DNA from: Somniosus microcephalus
Lineage: Eukaryota
Direction of reading: 5' to 3'
Length of the DNA stretch: 64,000 nt
Assembly: GCA_052327205.1 (NCBI GenBank)
Contig: CM126206.1
Span: 257,300,001 to 257,364,000 of the forward strand
Below are positions 62,793-64,000 of the stretch, piece by piece. The notes under the pieces were generated by a model that saw nothing but the letters and a program-made list of their open reading frames with translations, had not been told where the DNA came from and made no database searches. Position 1 is the first letter of the stretch, and every line of letters begins with the position of its first letter. The translations under genes were made by a program, and so were the position numbers.

Positions 62793-63752
62793 ACATAAGA
62801 AATAGGAACAGGACTAGGCCATTCTGCCCCTCGAGCCTGCTTCGCCATTCAATAAGATCATGGCTGATCTTCTACCTCAACTCCACGTTCCTGCACTATC
62901 CCCATATCCCTGGATTCCCTTAATATCCAAAAATCTATTTATCTCTGTCTCAACGACCACAGCCTTCTGGGCTAGAGAATTCCAAGATTCACCACCCTTT
63001 GAAGCAATGTCTCCTCATCTCAGTCCTAAATGGCCAACTCCTTACTCCGAGACTGTGATCCCTGGTTCTAGACTCCCCAACCAGGGGAAACATCCGCCCA
63101 GCATCTACCCTGTCGAGCCCTGTAAGAATTTTGTATGTTTCAATGAGATCACCCCTCATTCTTCTAAACTCGAGAATATAGGCCCAGTCTACACAATCTC
63201 TCCTCATAGGACAATCCCCCCATCCCAGGAATCAGTCTGGTGAACCTTTGTTGCACTCTCTCTATGGCAGTATATCCTTCCTTAGGTAAGGAGACCAAAA
63301 CTGTACACAATACTCCAGGTGTGGTCTCACCATGACCCTATATAATTGCAGTAGGACGTCTTTACTCTTATACTCAAATCCTCTTGTAATAAAGGCCAAC
63401 ATACCATTTGCTTTCCTAACTGCTTGCTGTACCTGCATGTTAACTTTCAGTAATTCGTGTACAAGGACACTCGGGTCCCTCTGAACACCAACATTTCCCG
63501 AGCTCTCACCATTTCTATTTTTCCTACCAAAGTGGATAACTTCACATTTCTCCACATTATATTCCATTTGCCATGTTCTTGCCCACTCACTTAGCCTGGC
63601 TATATCTCCTTGAAGCCTCATTGTATCCTCCTCACAACTTACATTCCCACCTAGCTTTGTATCATCAGCAAACTTGGATATATTGCATTTGGTCCCCTCA
63701 TCCAAATCATTGATATAGATTGTGAATAGCGGAGACCCAAGCACTGATCCTT
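62793..63752 (-). mobile_element. CR1 LINE RT C-terminal half and 3' UTR
   Basis: ORF 63262-63777 (GSVLGSPLFTIYINDLDEG...KFADDTKLGG...LYRVMVRPHLEYCVQFWSP) and ORF 62989-63207 (RRMRGDLIETYKIL...SRTRDH). Confidence 0.95.
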
Positions 63753-63956
63753 CCGGACTCAATATTGAGTTCAACAATTTCAGATCATAACCTTGGCCCC
63801 TATTACATTTTCACTTGTAATTTTTCCACTCCTTTCCCCCCCCCGCCTTTCCTTTTGTTTCTCTCACACACCTGGCAGCTATCTCTTGCCCTGCCAGTAC
63901 ACTTCACACCTAATCTCAGCCTATTACCATCTCGTCTAGCTTCGTATACCTTTTAT
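63749..63956 (+). mobile_element. Second fragment of PLE family B, abutting the CR1
   Basis: CCTTCCGGACTCAATATTGAGTTCAACAATTTCAGATCATAACC...CTGCCAGTACACTTCACACCTAA matches 9663-9890. Confidence 0.88.
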
Positions 63957-64000
63957 TGGCCTAGAAATTGAGTTGGTGCCGCGCCAGGGCTTTAGCGCCG

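Noticed and set aside
1-64000. Prokaryotic-type systems (CRISPR array, operons, retron)
   Set aside because: There are no regularly spaced repeat-spacer arrays and no gene-dense regions. All RT fragments are eukaryotic LINE or PLE types.

Overview
This is vertebrate DNA, very likely from a shark or other elasmobranch, judged from the HE1-type V-SINEs, SacSINE1-type Deu-SINEs and the CR1/L2 landscape. It is non-coding and probably lies inside a large intron of a minus-strand gene (an inference from A/AC-rich plus-strand composition and minus-strand splice-like signals). I recognise no host protein-coding exon, and almost every ORF in the track is spurious or transposon-derived. The window is a nested mosaic of CR1 and L2 LINE fragments, several SINE families, hAT/Harbinger/Tigger-type MITEs and Penelope-like elements (PLEs). 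The main feature is a PLE/hammerhead-ribozyme system. It includes a young, TSD-flanked 2.8-kb Neptune-like PLE (17268-20039) with twin-priming inversion geometry and inverted pseudo-LTRs that each carry a minimal hammerhead. There is also a second PLE family (9475-10067, 63749-63956) and about eight 100-250 bp non-coding derivatives, several TSD-flanked. These carry hammerhead cores as solos or head-to-head palindromes, including U3-G8 and U3-A8 core variants. Other items are a perfect 32-bp hairpin, inverted V-SINEs, a double MITE with three target-site copies, a candidate alternative terminal exon and a Pbx-Hox/Meis enhancer candidate. Repeat boundaries are approximate unless a TSD or TIR is quoted. 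All family names come from recalled consensus features, not from a database search.
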